Source: Elusimicrobia bacterium GWA2_69_24 (GTDB lineage: Bacteria; Elusimicrobiota; Elusimicrobia; UBA1565). From it: 64,000 nt of DNA. This document shows positions 28,719 to 38,068 of this stretch, piece by piece (the first letter of the stretch is position 1; each line of letters starts with the position of its first letter). The notes beneath the pieces were generated by a model that saw nothing but the letters and a program-made list of their open reading frames with translations, was not told the origin of the DNA and made no database searches. Location of the stretch: NCBI GenBank assembly GCA_001799695.1, contig MGTY01000022.1, positions 4,031 through 68,030 of the forward strand. Direction: 5' to 3'. Both the position numbers and the translations under genes were made by a program.

Positions 28719-29759
28719 ATGCGGACGCTCGCCGCCGTGCTGGTCGAGACGGGGAGGCCGCTCGTCCTGGCGGAGCTCGAGATACCGCCGCTCAAGCCCG
28801 GGCAGGTGCTGGTCGAGGTCGGCGTCAGCGGCGTGTGCCACACGCAGCTCCTCGAGTGCGACGGGCACCGCGGTGCGGACCCGTTTCTGCCGCATTGCCT
28901 CGGCCACGAAGGGAGCGGCATCGTCCGCGAGGTGGGTCCGGGGGTGGCGAAAGTCGCGCCGGGCGACCGCGTGGTCCTGTCGTGGATGAAGGGCTCCGGC
29001 GCTGACGTGGCGGGCACGGTATACCGCTGGGAAGGGCGTGCCGTCAACGCCGGGGGCATCACCACCTGGAGCCGCCACGCGGTGATCAGCGAAAACCGAC
29101 TCACGCCGCTGCCGGCCGGCGTGCCCCTGCGCGAGGCGGCGCTGCTCGGCTGCGCGGCGCCGACCGGGCTCGGCGCCGTGCTCAACACCGCGCGACCGCG
29201 CCCCGGCGCGACCCTTGCGGTGTTCGGCTGTGGCGGGATCGGCCTCTGTGCCGTCGCCGGCGCAGTGATCGCAGGATGCGCGCGAGTGATCGCCGTGGAT
29301 CTGAACCAGGAGAAGCTCGACCTCGCCAGACAGATGGGCGCGACCGATGCCATCCGGGCCGACCTCACGGAGCCCGTGGCCGAGATCACCCGCTTGTGCG
29401 CGGGAGGTGTCGACGTCGCGATCGAGGCCACGGGCCGTCCGAGCGCCATGGTCCAGGCCTTGCACAGCGTGCGGGGGCAGGGCGGCACAGCCGTGGTCGT
29501 CGGCAACGCGCGCCACGGCGAGCGCGTCGAGATCGACCCGCGCCAGCTCAATCTCGGCAAGCGCCTCCTGGGCACGTGGGGCGGGGACAACTCGCCGGAC
29601 CACGACTTCCCTCGTTATGCCGAGTTGCTGGCCGGCGGCAGGCTCCCCCTCGGCCCGCTTGTCGGGCGGACCTATCGTCTGGCCGACATCAACCAGGCCG
29701 TGGAGGATCTCCGGGCGGGGATCGCCGTGCGGCCGCTCGTCGACCTGGGACTCGGCTGA
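28719..29759 (+). CDS. Zn-dependent alcohol dehydrogenase (MDR family)
   Basis: CLGHEGSGIV zinc ligands, GCGGIGLCAV Rossmann motif. 346 aa. Confidence 0.8.
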   Translation: MRTLAAVLVETGRPLVLAELEIPPLKPGQVLVEVGVSGVCHTQLLECDGHRGADPFLPHCLGHEGSGIVREVGPGVAKVAPGDRVVLSWMKGSGADVAGTVYRWEGRAVNAGGITTWSRHAVISENRLTPLPAGVPLREAALLGCAAPTGLGAVLNTARPRPGATLAVFGCGGIGLCAVAGAVIAGCARVIAVDLNQEKLDLARQMGATDAIRADLTEPVAEITRLCAGGVDVAIEATGRPSAMVQALHSVRGQGGTAVVVGNARHGERVEIDPRQLNLGKRLLGTWGGDNSPDHDFPRYAELLAGGRLPLGPLVGRTYRLADINQAVEDLRAGIAVRPLVDLGLG

Positions 29760-29768
29760 GGGCGGACC

Positions 29769-30392
29769 GTGGTGATCGGGATCGACTTCGACAACACCGT
29801 CGTCTGCTACGACGAGGTCTTCCACCGGACGGCGCGCGGCTGGGGCCTGATCCCCGTGAACGTCCCGACGGGCAAGGGCATGGTCCGCGACTACCTGCGC
29901 GAACGCGGGAGGGAAGACGACTGGACGCGACTTCAGGGCCACGTGTACGGTGCGACGATTCTCGAGGCCCCTGCCTTCCCGGGCGTCCTCGAGTTCCTCG
30001 CGGCCTGCAGAGACCGGCGTATGGCCGTCCACATCATCAGTCACAAGACACTCCGGCCGGTCCTCGGCGAGCCCCGCGATCTGCATCGCGCCGCCCACGA
30101 GTGGCTCGAGGCGCGGGGATTCTACGACACGGCGCGCACGGGGCTGTCACGGGAGGACGTCCACTTCGAGCTGACGAAAGAGGCCAAGCTCGCGCGCATC
30201 GGACGTGTCGGGTGCACGCATTTCGTGGACGATCTGCCGGAGTTCCTCCTCGATCCCGGTTTCCCGGTGGGCGTCCGGCGGATCCTGTTCGACCCGAACG
30301 GTGGCCATGTGGGGCCGGCGGATCTCGATCGCGCCGCGTCCTGGAGCGAGATCGGCGACCTCGTGCTGCGCGCCGGCTCGGCGTCACGGTGA
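29769..30392 (+). CDS. HAD-superfamily hydrolase (candidate sugar-phosphate phosphatase, GmhB-like role)
   Basis: N-terminal VIGIDFDNTVV (DxDxT-type motif I). About 207 aa. GTG start. Confidence 0.5.
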   Translation: MVIGIDFDNTVVCYDEVFHRTARGWGLIPVNVPTGKGMVRDYLRERGREDDWTRLQGHVYGATILEAPAFPGVLEFLAACRDRRMAVHIISHKTLRPVLGEPRDLHRAAHEWLEARGFYDTARTGLSREDVHFELTKEAKLARIGRVGCTHFVDDLPEFLLDPGFPVGVRRILFDPNGGHVGPADLDRAASWSEIGDLVLRAGSASR

Positions 30393-31417
30393 ACCCGGAG
30401 ACGCTGCGAGAGGTGGCCGCGGGGCTCATTGCGCCGCTCGGCCTTCGCGGGGAGACGAGGCTCGAACCGCTGCGGGGCGGCGCCAACAACCGCGTGTTTC
30501 GGCTCGTCGTGGGCGACCGAACGTTACTCTTCAAGGCGTACTTCCAGCACCGGGACGATCCGCGGAACCGGCTCGAGAGCGAGTACGCCTTCACCACATT
30601 CGCGTGGCAGCGCGGGGTACGTCGGGTGCCGCAGCCGCTGGCGCTCGACCCGGTGCACGGTGTGGCGCTTTACGAGTATGTCGAGGGTCGGCCTGTCGCG
30701 CCCGGGGAAGTCAACGAGGCCCTCGTCCGCCAGGCGCTGGACTTCTACCAGGAGTTGAACGGCCACCGGGACCGAGCCGAGGGCGCCGGGCTCCCGCTCG
30801 CCTCGGAGGCGTACTTCACGCTCGCGGCCCATCTGCGCGGCGTGGAAGGGCGAGTGCGGCGGCTGGGGAAGCTGGACGACGCGGGAGACGTGGGCCGCGC
30901 GGCGGCGCGCTTCGTCGCCGCGGACTTGACGGAAGCCTGGGCCCGCATCGCGGCGCTGGTACGCGACGGGGCGAAGAGGCTCGGCCTGCGCCTCGACCGG
31001 GAGCTCGCCCCGGCCGCCCGCTGTCTCTCCCCGTCGGATTTCGGCTTCCACAACGCGATCCTCGGGCGCGACGGCCGCCTCAGATTCGTGGACTTCGAGT
31101 ATGCCGGCTGGGACGACCCGGCGAAGCTGGTCTGCGACTTCTTCTGCCAGGAGGCCGTGCCGGTGCCGGAGACGCACTACGAGTGGTTCGCCGGCGAGGT
31201 GGTCCGCGACCTGCCCGAGCCGGAAGAGCAGCGGGCGCGAGTGGACCTGCTGCGTCCCATCTACAGGATAAAATGGTGCTGCATCCTGCTGAACGAGTTC
31301 CTCCCGCTGGCGCGGGAGCGCCGCCGGTTCACGCGGCGGGCCGAGGATGAGCGCGCGCGGAAGGCGGTGCAGCTGGGGAAGGCCCGCCGAGCACTTCTGC
31401 GTGCGGAGAGCGCATGA
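30389..31417 (+). CDS. aminoglycoside-phosphotransferase/choline-kinase-family kinase (candidate sugar kinase)
   Basis: GTGA overlap start. Brenner-type catalytic loop SPSDFGFHNAI and a FVDFEYAGWDD (DFE) motif. Confidence 0.65.
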   Translation: MNPETLREVAAGLIAPLGLRGETRLEPLRGGANNRVFRLVVGDRTLLFKAYFQHRDDPRNRLESEYAFTTFAWQRGVRRVPQPLALDPVHGVALYEYVEGRPVAPGEVNEALVRQALDFYQELNGHRDRAEGAGLPLASEAYFTLAAHLRGVEGRVRRLGKLDDAGDVGRAAARFVAADLTEAWARIAALVRDGAKRLGLRLDRELAPAARCLSPSDFGFHNAILGRDGRLRFVDFEYAGWDDPAKLVCDFFCQEAVPVPETHYEWFAGEVVRDLPEPEEQRARVDLLRPIYRIKWCCILLNEFLPLARERRRFTRRAEDERARKAVQLGKARRALLRAESA

Positions 31418-32406
31418 GCACGATCGTGGTCCTGGGCGCGAACTCGTTCTCCGGGCAGGATTTCGTCGACCTGCTCCTGGACGATCCGGCGTTGACCGTG
31501 ATCGGGGTGAGCCGCTCGCCGGAGCGATCGGCGCTCTTCCTCCGGTACAAGCTCAGGGAGAACCTCTTGCGGTACCGGTACGTCCAGCTCGACATGAACC
31601 GGCAAATGCCGGCGCTGCTCGATCTGCTCGACGCCGAGCGCCCCGAGGCCGTCGTGAACTTCGCCGCGCAAAGCGAGGTCGCGCCGAGCTGGGAGCACCC
31701 GGAGCACTGGTACCAGACCAACTGTGTCGCGCTGGCCTCGCTGGTGAACCATCTGCGGCAGCGCACGTACCTGCGGCGGTATGTCCACATCTCCTCGCCC
31801 GAAGTCTACGGGACCTGCGTGGGAGAGGTTCGTGAGGATGCCCCGCTGCGACCGAGCACGCCGTACGCTGCTTCGAAGGCGGCGGCCGACCTACTGCTCC
31901 TGGCATACGTCAAGGAGTTCGGGTTCCCCGCCACGTTCGTGCGGGCGACGAACGTGTACGGAGCGCGCCAGCAGCTCTTCAAGATCATCCCGCGATCGGT
32001 GATCTTCGTACGGCTGGGCAAACGGATCGAGCTGCACGGGGGTGGCGCCGCGGTGAAGTCGTACATCCACGTCCGCGACGTCTCCCGTGGCGAGTTGGCG
32101 ATCCTTCGCGAGGGGCGCGCCGGGGAGATCTATCACCTGGCCCCGTCGCAGGGGGTCTCGGTCCGGGAGGTCGTGCGGGCGATCTGCGACCGACTGGGGC
32201 GGCGCCTCGAGGACTGCATAGTCACGGTGGGCGAACGTCCGGGCCAGGATGCGGCGTACGTCATCGACTCGACCCGGGCGCGCACCGAGCTCGGCTGGAA
32301 GCCGCAAGTCGCCCTCGACGAGGGGCTCTCCGACGTCGTCGCGTGGGTCGGCGACTACTGGGACGAGATCGTGCGGCAGCCCCTCACCTACGCGCACAAA
32401 GCCTGA
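31414..32406 (+). CDS. NAD-dependent epimerase/dehydratase (NDP-sugar 4,6-dehydratase-like)
   Basis: ATGA overlap. VLGANSFSGQDFV Rossmann-like motif and YAASKAAAD (YxxxK). Confidence 0.8.
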   Translation: MSTIVVLGANSFSGQDFVDLLLDDPALTVIGVSRSPERSALFLRYKLRENLLRYRYVQLDMNRQMPALLDLLDAERPEAVVNFAAQSEVAPSWEHPEHWYQTNCVALASLVNHLRQRTYLRRYVHISSPEVYGTCVGEVREDAPLRPSTPYAASKAAADLLLLAYVKEFGFPATFVRATNVYGARQQLFKIIPRSVIFVRLGKRIELHGGGAAVKSYIHVRDVSRGELAILREGRAGEIYHLAPSQGVSVREVVRAICDRLGRRLEDCIVTVGERPGQDAAYVIDSTRARTELGWKPQVALDEGLSDVVAWVGDYWDEIVRQPLTYAHKA

Positions 32407-32417
32407 CAGGGGTAACC

Positions 32418-33080
32418 GTGGCGTACGTGGACTTCATCTCGCGGGTGCACAAGAGCACGAAGCGCGATTACCTCGAGCGCGTGTGCGTGCACGACAAGGC
32501 GGAATGCGCGGAGATTGCCGTCAAGTTCGGCAAGGACTACTGGGACGGAGACCGGAAGCACGGCTACGGCGGGTACGGCTACGATGGGCGCTGGCGAGTC
32601 GTGGCGGAAGACATCGTGCGCCACTACAAGCTCCCGGCCGACGCGCGCATCCTCGACGTGGGCTGTGGCAAGGGCTTCCTGCTCTACGAGTTCACTCAGG
32701 TGCTTCCAGGGGCGCGGGTGGCGGGCATCGACATCTCCGACTACGGCGTCAGGAACGCGAAGGAGGAGGTTCGCCCGCTCCTTCAGATCGCGAGCGCGCC
32801 GGCGCTCCCGTTCCGCGACCGATCCTTCGACCTCGTGATCTCCATCCTCACTCTCCACAACCTGTACACCTACGACCTCTGGAAGGCGCTCGAGGAAATC
32901 GAACGGGTGGGCAGGGGTGCGAAGTACGTGGTCGTCGAGACCTACCGGAACGAGCGCGAGAAGGTCAATCTGCTCTACTGGCAGCTGACCTGCCGCGCGT
33001 TCCACACCCCGGCCGAATGGGCGTGGGTGTTCGCGAAGTCGGGGTACACCGGCGACCACTCGTTCATCGTCTTCGAGTAG
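32418..33080 (+). CDS. class I SAM-dependent methyltransferase
   Basis: ILDVGCGKGFLL motif I and DLVISILTLHNL. GTG start, the first start codon after the upstream stop. Confidence 0.65.
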   Translation: MAYVDFISRVHKSTKRDYLERVCVHDKAECAEIAVKFGKDYWDGDRKHGYGGYGYDGRWRVVAEDIVRHYKLPADARILDVGCGKGFLLYEFTQVLPGARVAGIDISDYGVRNAKEEVRPLLQIASAPALPFRDRSFDLVISILTLHNLYTYDLWKALEEIERVGRGAKYVVVETYRNEREKVNLLYWQLTCRAFHTPAEWAWVFAKSGYTGDHSFIVFE

Positions 33081-33104
33081 CCAGCGGGTTCGAGTCGCGT
33101 GCCG

Positions 33105-34349
33105 TCAGACGATCCGGGCTCGCGGCAGCGGAAGGATGAAGTGGCCGCCCTGCTCGAGGTAGCGCTGGTTCTTTGTCAGGATCGGGTCGGCGTACTGCCA
33201 CACCAGGACGATCACGAACTCCGGCCTCCGCTCGTAGAGGACGGCGGGCGACAGCACCGGCAGGTGAAGCCCCGGGCTGAAGAGGGCGTGCCGCGCCGGA
33301 TTGTCGTCCACGAGGTAGTCGAGGAAGGGTCCGAGCTCGAAGTTGTGGATCAGGGTGGTGACTGTCGCCGACGCGCCGTAGCCGGCAATGGCCTTGTTCG
33401 CGGATCGAAGCGGCCGGAGCAAGCGGTGGAGATCGGTCTTGATCGCAAGCAGCTTCGCGGTGAGCTCCCTGAACACGTCGGGACGATCCAGTCCCATCCG
33501 CGTCTCGAGCGCCAGCAGCTCGTCGATGATCGGCGCCGGCCGCCGACGTGCCCCGAGGCGCTGGACGAATCCGCGGATCGAGCCCCCCTTGGTCGGCAGG
33601 CGCATGACGTCGAACAATTCCAGGCCGTGCCGCGAGAAGAACGCGACCAGCGGCTTGATCGAGTGATAGCACAGGTGCTCGTGATAGATCGTGTCGAAGA
33701 GGAGCTTCTCGACGATGTCCACGAGGTAGGAGACCTCGAAGACGAACACGCCCTCCGGCGAGAGGAGCTCGGCGACGCCGTCCGCCATGTCCGGCAGGTT
33801 GTCGGAGTGCGCGAAGACGTTGTTCGCGGTCACGAAGGCGGCCGCCCCGCGCTCCGCCTTGATGCGACGCGCCAGGCTCGAGGTGAAGAACGCGGGCAAG
33901 GTCTCGAGGCCAGCCCTGGTGGCCTGTTCCGCGATGACCGAGGCCGGATCGATGCCGAGGACGCGTAACCCCCTATCACGGAGGATCCGGAGCAGCGTGC
34001 CGTCGTTGCTCCCGATGTCGACCGCCAGAGGGGGTGACGGCGCGGGGAAGCGGTCCAGGAGGTCGTCCACATACTGGCGGAAGTGCTCGACGAGACCGAG
34101 CGAGACCGAGGTGCTGTAGATGTACTCACCGAAGAGCGCCTCGGGATCCACGACGTCGAGTAACTGGACGTGGCCGCAGGATCCGCACAGGTAGAGGTCC
34201 AGCGGATAGGACGCCTGTGTCTGGCTCGTGCGCTCCGCGGGCACGTAGGCGTCGGCGATGGGCGACGGCTTGTACGGGACCACCAGCTCGACGCTGCGGG
34301 AGTCGCAGAGGCGGCATGACGCGCGGTGGGCGACGGGCGCGCGCGTCAC
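33105..34349 (-). CDS. NDP-sugar C-methyltransferase-family protein (Zn-ribbon + MT + C-methyltransferase C-terminal domain; TylC3/NovU-like)
   Basis: N-terminal CRLCDS...CGSCGHVQL zinc ribbon, SAM-binding AVDIGSNDGTLL, conserved C-terminal domain. GTG start overlaps the SDR stop (GTGA). Confidence 0.7.
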   Translation of the reverse strand: MTRAPVAHRASCRLCDSRSVELVVPYKPSPIADAYVPAERTSQTQASYPLDLYLCGSCGHVQLLDVVDPEALFGEYIYSTSVSLGLVEHFRQYVDDLLDRFPAPSPPLAVDIGSNDGTLLRILRDRGLRVLGIDPASVIAEQATRAGLETLPAFFTSSLARRIKAERGAAAFVTANNVFAHSDNLPDMADGVAELLSPEGVFVFEVSYLVDIVEKLLFDTIYHEHLCYHSIKPLVAFFSRHGLELFDVMRLPTKGGSIRGFVQRLGARRRPAPIIDELLALETRMGLDRPDVFRELTAKLLAIKTDLHRLLRPLRSANKAIAGYGASATVTTLIHNFELGPFLDYLVDDNPARHALFSPGLHLPVLSPAVLYERRPEFVIVLVWQYADPILTKNQRYLEQGGHFILPLPRARIV

Positions 34350-35083
34350 AGCCCGGTGAGCTTGCGGGCCAGCGCTTCCTGCGACAGGAGCGAGACGCCG
34401 CCGTCCACGAGGATCTCCTGGCCCGTCACGAACGACGCCTTCTCGCTGCACAGGAAGGCGATCACATTGGCGGTCTCGAGGGCCGTGCCCATCCGTCCCA
34501 GCGGGATGATCTTCTTGAAGAGACTGTTGAGGTCCTGGTTCTTCGAGTAGAAATCACGGTTCTCTTCCTTCACCATCGTGCACGGCGAGACGCAGTTGAC
34601 CCTGATCCCGCGCGGGCCGAGCTCGACCGCGTAGTAGCGCGCCATCTGGCCGAGGGCGGCTTTCGCCACGTGATAACCGACGGGCTGCCCCTCGGCGATG
34701 AAGCGACCGACGACGGAGCTGACGAGGACGATCGAGCGGTCTCCGGTACCGCCGAAGGCACCGGCGAGCGTCTCGACGATCGTCCGGGTCGCGCTCAGGG
34801 ACGTCGCCAGCTCGCCGCCCCAGCGGTCGCCCTCTCCCTTGAAGCGCTGAAGGAGCACGAGGCTGTTCAGCTCGCCGTTGCGGGAGACGATCTCTCCCAG
34901 GAGGCGGACCAGCTCGCGCTCGTCCGTGAGATCGCCCGCCCAGAAGTGGGTGCCCGGGAGACGTCGATCGGCGTCGGCGGGAGCCCGTCGGCCCATCACC
35001 GAGACGGTGTGCCCCTGCGCCGAGAAGAGGCGCACGACCTCGCGCCCGATCCCGCGGGTACCGCCGACGATCACGCTGTGCAT
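34346..35083 (-). CDS. SDR-family oxidoreductase
   Basis: VIVGGTRGIGREV Rossmann motif and YHVAKAAL (YxxxK). 245 aa. Confidence 0.8.
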   Translation of the reverse strand: MHSVIVGGTRGIGREVVRLFSAQGHTVSVMGRRAPADADRRLPGTHFWAGDLTDERELVRLLGEIVSRNGELNSLVLLQRFKGEGDRWGGELATSLSATRTIVETLAGAFGGTGDRSIVLVSSVVGRFIAEGQPVGYHVAKAALGQMARYYAVELGPRGIRVNCVSPCTMVKEENRDFYSKNQDLNSLFKKIIPLGRMGTALETANVIAFLCSEKASFVTGQEILVDGGVSLLSQEALARKLTGL

Positions 35084-35114
35084 GGCCCGTGCTGGTTCCT
35101 GGACGGTGGCTCGC

Positions 35115-36317
35115 TCACGGCACGAGGGAATTGGGCCGTCCCGGGAAGATGGACGCGAAGGTCCCGCCGCTCTCGAGGAAGCCCTGGCTGTGTGCGATCA
35201 CTCGCGCCTCGCTCTCCTGGCTGAGGCTCAGAAGGCACAGCTTGATTCCCCGCTCGACGAGCTCGGCCGAGGCGAGGATCGGCAGGCGCGAGCCAGGCAT
35301 GAACAGGCCGCGCTTCCGGGGATCGTCGTCCGCGACGAAGTCGATGTGGTCTCGCGCACCCAGGAAGTTGATCCAGGCGCAGCTCAAGTGACCGGCGCCG
35401 AAGACGGCGATCCCGCCGCGCGCGCGCCGGAACTCGGTCAGGGCGTCGTTGGCCCGGCGGCGGTACGCCGGGAAGCGCCGAGCATACGTCTGGCCCAGGG
35501 CCCTGGTGCTCTCGGCGATGCTCGAGTCCGGCACCTGCGACCGGGCCGCCGGCGTCGAGCGGACGATCGCCACGAGGGAATTCTCGTGCGAGTACGGATA
35601 GAGCGCGTACCCGACGGCCGAGAGCCCCCAACACCCCACGGCCTGCCGGAGCAGGTCCTCGGTGAAATAGAGCACGTGCTCTTCCCAGGGCATCGTGTAG
35701 TCGGCGCGGCGCAGCGCCGGACCGCAGTCGGGAGCCTCGAGCACGACGTAGCCGTCCGCCTTGACGAGCCGCCGCAGGGCGGCGACGAACGTCGCGGGCT
35801 CGTGGGCATGCTCGACGACGTGCCGGGCGACCAGAACATCCGCGGCGCCGCGCCGCTCGGCGATGGCGCCGGCCGTTTCCGGGGTGAGGTAGCGCTGAAC
35901 GGTCTCCGGGCCGGCCCCGTGGTCGTCTGCGCCCAGGTCGTGCTCGACGTCGATGCGCCAGGTGTGCGAGAGTCCACGCTTGCGAAAGCGCTCCAGGGTC
36001 GAATCGTCCTTCATGCTGATGCCACCCACGACCGAGGTCGGGCTCACCCCGGGGAGTCTGCAGAGTCCGTCCACCAGGTCGTCCAGGTGTCCCTCGGGCT
36101 CGCGGTAGACGATCCAGTCGAACCGCGGCTTGAGCTCGTGCGCCGCGACTGGCGCCAGGAGCTGAACGACGCCGCACGCCCCGCACTGCCCAAGGGTGAA
36201 CGGGAACGCGGCCTCGTCGGCGGTCGGGCTGGACAAAAAGCGGTTGCAGAGCGCATGCTCGCCCAGGTCGAGTAGCGGCTCGACGCGGGCGAGGTGACAC
36301 AATCGGCAAGTGCTCAT
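35115..36317 (-). CDS. second C-methyltransferase-family protein (Zn-ribbon + MT + C-MT domain), paralog of 33105..34349
   Basis: N-terminal CRLCHL...CGACGVVQL zinc ribbon, MT core, and a C-terminal domain with IAVFGAGH. Confidence 0.7.
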   Translation of the reverse strand: MSTCRLCHLARVEPLLDLGEHALCNRFLSSPTADEAAFPFTLGQCGACGVVQLLAPVAAHELKPRFDWIVYREPEGHLDDLVDGLCRLPGVSPTSVVGGISMKDDSTLERFRKRGLSHTWRIDVEHDLGADDHGAGPETVQRYLTPETAGAIAERRGAADVLVARHVVEHAHEPATFVAALRRLVKADGYVVLEAPDCGPALRRADYTMPWEEHVLYFTEDLLRQAVGCWGLSAVGYALYPYSHENSLVAIVRSTPAARSQVPDSSIAESTRALGQTYARRFPAYRRRANDALTEFRRARGGIAVFGAGHLSCAWINFLGARDHIDFVADDDPRKRGLFMPGSRLPILASAELVERGIKLCLLSLSQESEARVIAHSQGFLESGGTFASIFPGRPNSLVP

Positions 36318-36339
36318 GCGACTCGGGTGCCGCTCGTGC

Positions 36340-37227
36340 CTAGCGCGGAGGCGACACCGGCTGCGTGACGCCTCGGCGGATGTTCTCGACGAGCACCGGG
36401 ATCTTCTCGCGGACGAGCAGGGCGGGCTCCCAGCCCGTCAGGCGATTGGCCTTGCCGATGTCGAAGGCGAAGCCGTAGTCGCCGCCGGGCGCCTTCTCGA
36501 TCTTCACCCGGGGGTTCGCCAGGCGCACGAACTCCAGGAGCGAGATCATATTGCGTCGCCCGCCGCCGGCGTGGATGCGCTCCCCGAACGCCTTGTTCTC
36601 GTGCAGCGCCAGCATGAGCCGTCCCAGGTCATCGCTGTGAAGCGGGTCTCTGAACTGCAGTCCGCCCTGCGTCAGCGATACGGGCTTGCCCTGGGCCGCA
36701 GCCCTGATCAGGGAGACCACCCAGTTGCCGCCCGGATGGTCGAAATCGGTGTAGCAGGTGGTCAAGCGGATCACGATGCTCCTCGGATGGGACTCCGAGA
36801 CGAACTCCGCCACGATTTTCGACTTGCCGTAGAAGTTTTGCGGGGCGTAGGGGTACTCCTCGTCGACGAGGAACCTGGGCCGGTAGCCGACCTTGGTCTT
36901 GCGGATGTCCTTCGGGCCGTAGACCGGTCCCAGGACCTCGCGCGTGGACATCTGGATCCAGGCGATGTCGCTGCCCTTGAGGATCTTGGCGAGATGGCGC
37001 GCCCCGCCCACGTTGATCTCGTCGGTCGGCGCACCGGCCTGGAACACCCTGGACTGTCGGTCCGCCGTGACGGAGAGGTTGATGAGGAGCTCGATGTTGT
37101 GTCGCGCGAGCATGGCGGCGTCGAGAGTGAAGAGGTCTTCCTTCTTGTCCCAGCCGAGGACAGCGTGCTCGCGGCTGAGGAACGCGTGCAGGCCGCGTCC
37201 CAGGTATCCTTCGTGTCCGATCAGCAA
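36340..37227 (-). CDS. NAD-dependent epimerase/dehydratase family protein
   Basis: TTG start 14 nt downstream of GGAGG. N-terminal LIGHEGYLGRG (GxxGxxG) and YGKSKIVAE (YxxxK). Confidence 0.65.
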   Translation of the reverse strand: MLIGHEGYLGRGLHAFLSREHAVLGWDKKEDLFTLDAAMLARHNIELLINLSVTADRQSRVFQAGAPTDEINVGGARHLAKILKGSDIAWIQMSTREVLGPVYGPKDIRKTKVGYRPRFLVDEEYPYAPQNFYGKSKIVAEFVSESHPRSIVIRLTTCYTDFDHPGGNWVVSLIRAAAQGKPVSLTQGGLQFRDPLHSDDLGRLMLALHENKAFGERIHAGGGRRNMISLLEFVRLANPRVKIEKAPGGDYGFAFDIGKANRLTGWEPALLVREKIPVLVENIRRGVTQPVSPPR

Positions 37228-37236
37228 GATATTGAT

Positions 37237-37992
37237 TTACGTTCCTCCCCCGTCGATACCGACGATCGACCCCGCCATGAAGGACACCTGCTCCGAGCAC
37301 AGGAAGGCGACGACCGGTGCGATCTCCTCGGCGCGACCCAGGCGTCTGATCGGCAGGTGGTTCTTGAAGTAGTCCTCGAGGGCCGCGGGATTCTCCCTCT
37401 GGAGCTTGGCGAAGAAGCGCCCTTCCGAGTAGATGGCGCCCGGCGCGACCGCCGACATGATCACGTTGTCCTTCGAGACCTCGCGGTTCACGGACTTGAC
37501 GTAACCGTCCAGGGCGCACTTGGCCGAGACATAGGCGGCGTACCCGTTGTGCGTGACCGTCGAGAGCGTGGACAGGTGGACGACCCGCCCCCAGCGTCTC
37601 TGGACCATGCGCGGAATGAAGACGCGGTTGAGCTCGTGCGCGACGCCCACGTTGAACTGCCAGACCTTGCGCCAGTCCTCGGAGGGTGCGAACGTCTGGA
37701 AGACGCCGTGGGAGCCGCCCAGGTTGTGGACCATGATTTCGAGGTCGCCGGTTCTTTCGACGGCTTCGGCAAGCTCGCGCACGCCGTTCTCGGCCATCAG
37801 ATCGACCGCAACGCAGCGGTGGGCCTCCGCGGGCCCCGCCAGCTCGCGCCTGACGGCGTCCAGCTGATCCTGGGACCTCGCGGCGAGGATCAGCCGGGCC
37901 CCTTCGCGGGCCAGTTCGAGGGCAATGGCGCGACCGATACCGCGGCTGGCGCCGGTGACCAGCGCGAGGCGACCGCTGATTCGAAGATCCAT
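37237..37992 (-). CDS. SDR-family oxidoreductase
   Basis: Start at MDLRISGRLALVTGASRGIGRA. YVSAKCAL catalytic motif. The upstream in-frame extension is S/T-rich and looks spurious. Confidence 0.75.
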   Translation of the reverse strand: MDLRISGRLALVTGASRGIGRAIALELAREGARLILAARSQDQLDAVRRELAGPAEAHRCVAVDLMAENGVRELAEAVERTGDLEIMVHNLGGSHGVFQTFAPSEDWRKVWQFNVGVAHELNRVFIPRMVQRRWGRVVHLSTLSTVTHNGYAAYVSAKCALDGYVKSVNREVSKDNVIMSAVAPGAIYSEGRFFAKLQRENPAALEDYFKNHLPIRRLGRAEEIAPVVAFLCSEQVSFMAGSIVGIDGGGT

Positions 37993-38068
37993 GCTGGAGG
38001 ACTGTAGCATATACCACGGAATTATCGGGCGGAAGTGAGGTGGTATATCCTTCCGTCGGGGCCTTGCG

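Noticed and set aside
28407-30098. 563-aa minus-strand ORF
   Set aside because: Antisense to the transketolase C-subunit, ADH and HAD genes. Arginine-rich with no recognisable domain.
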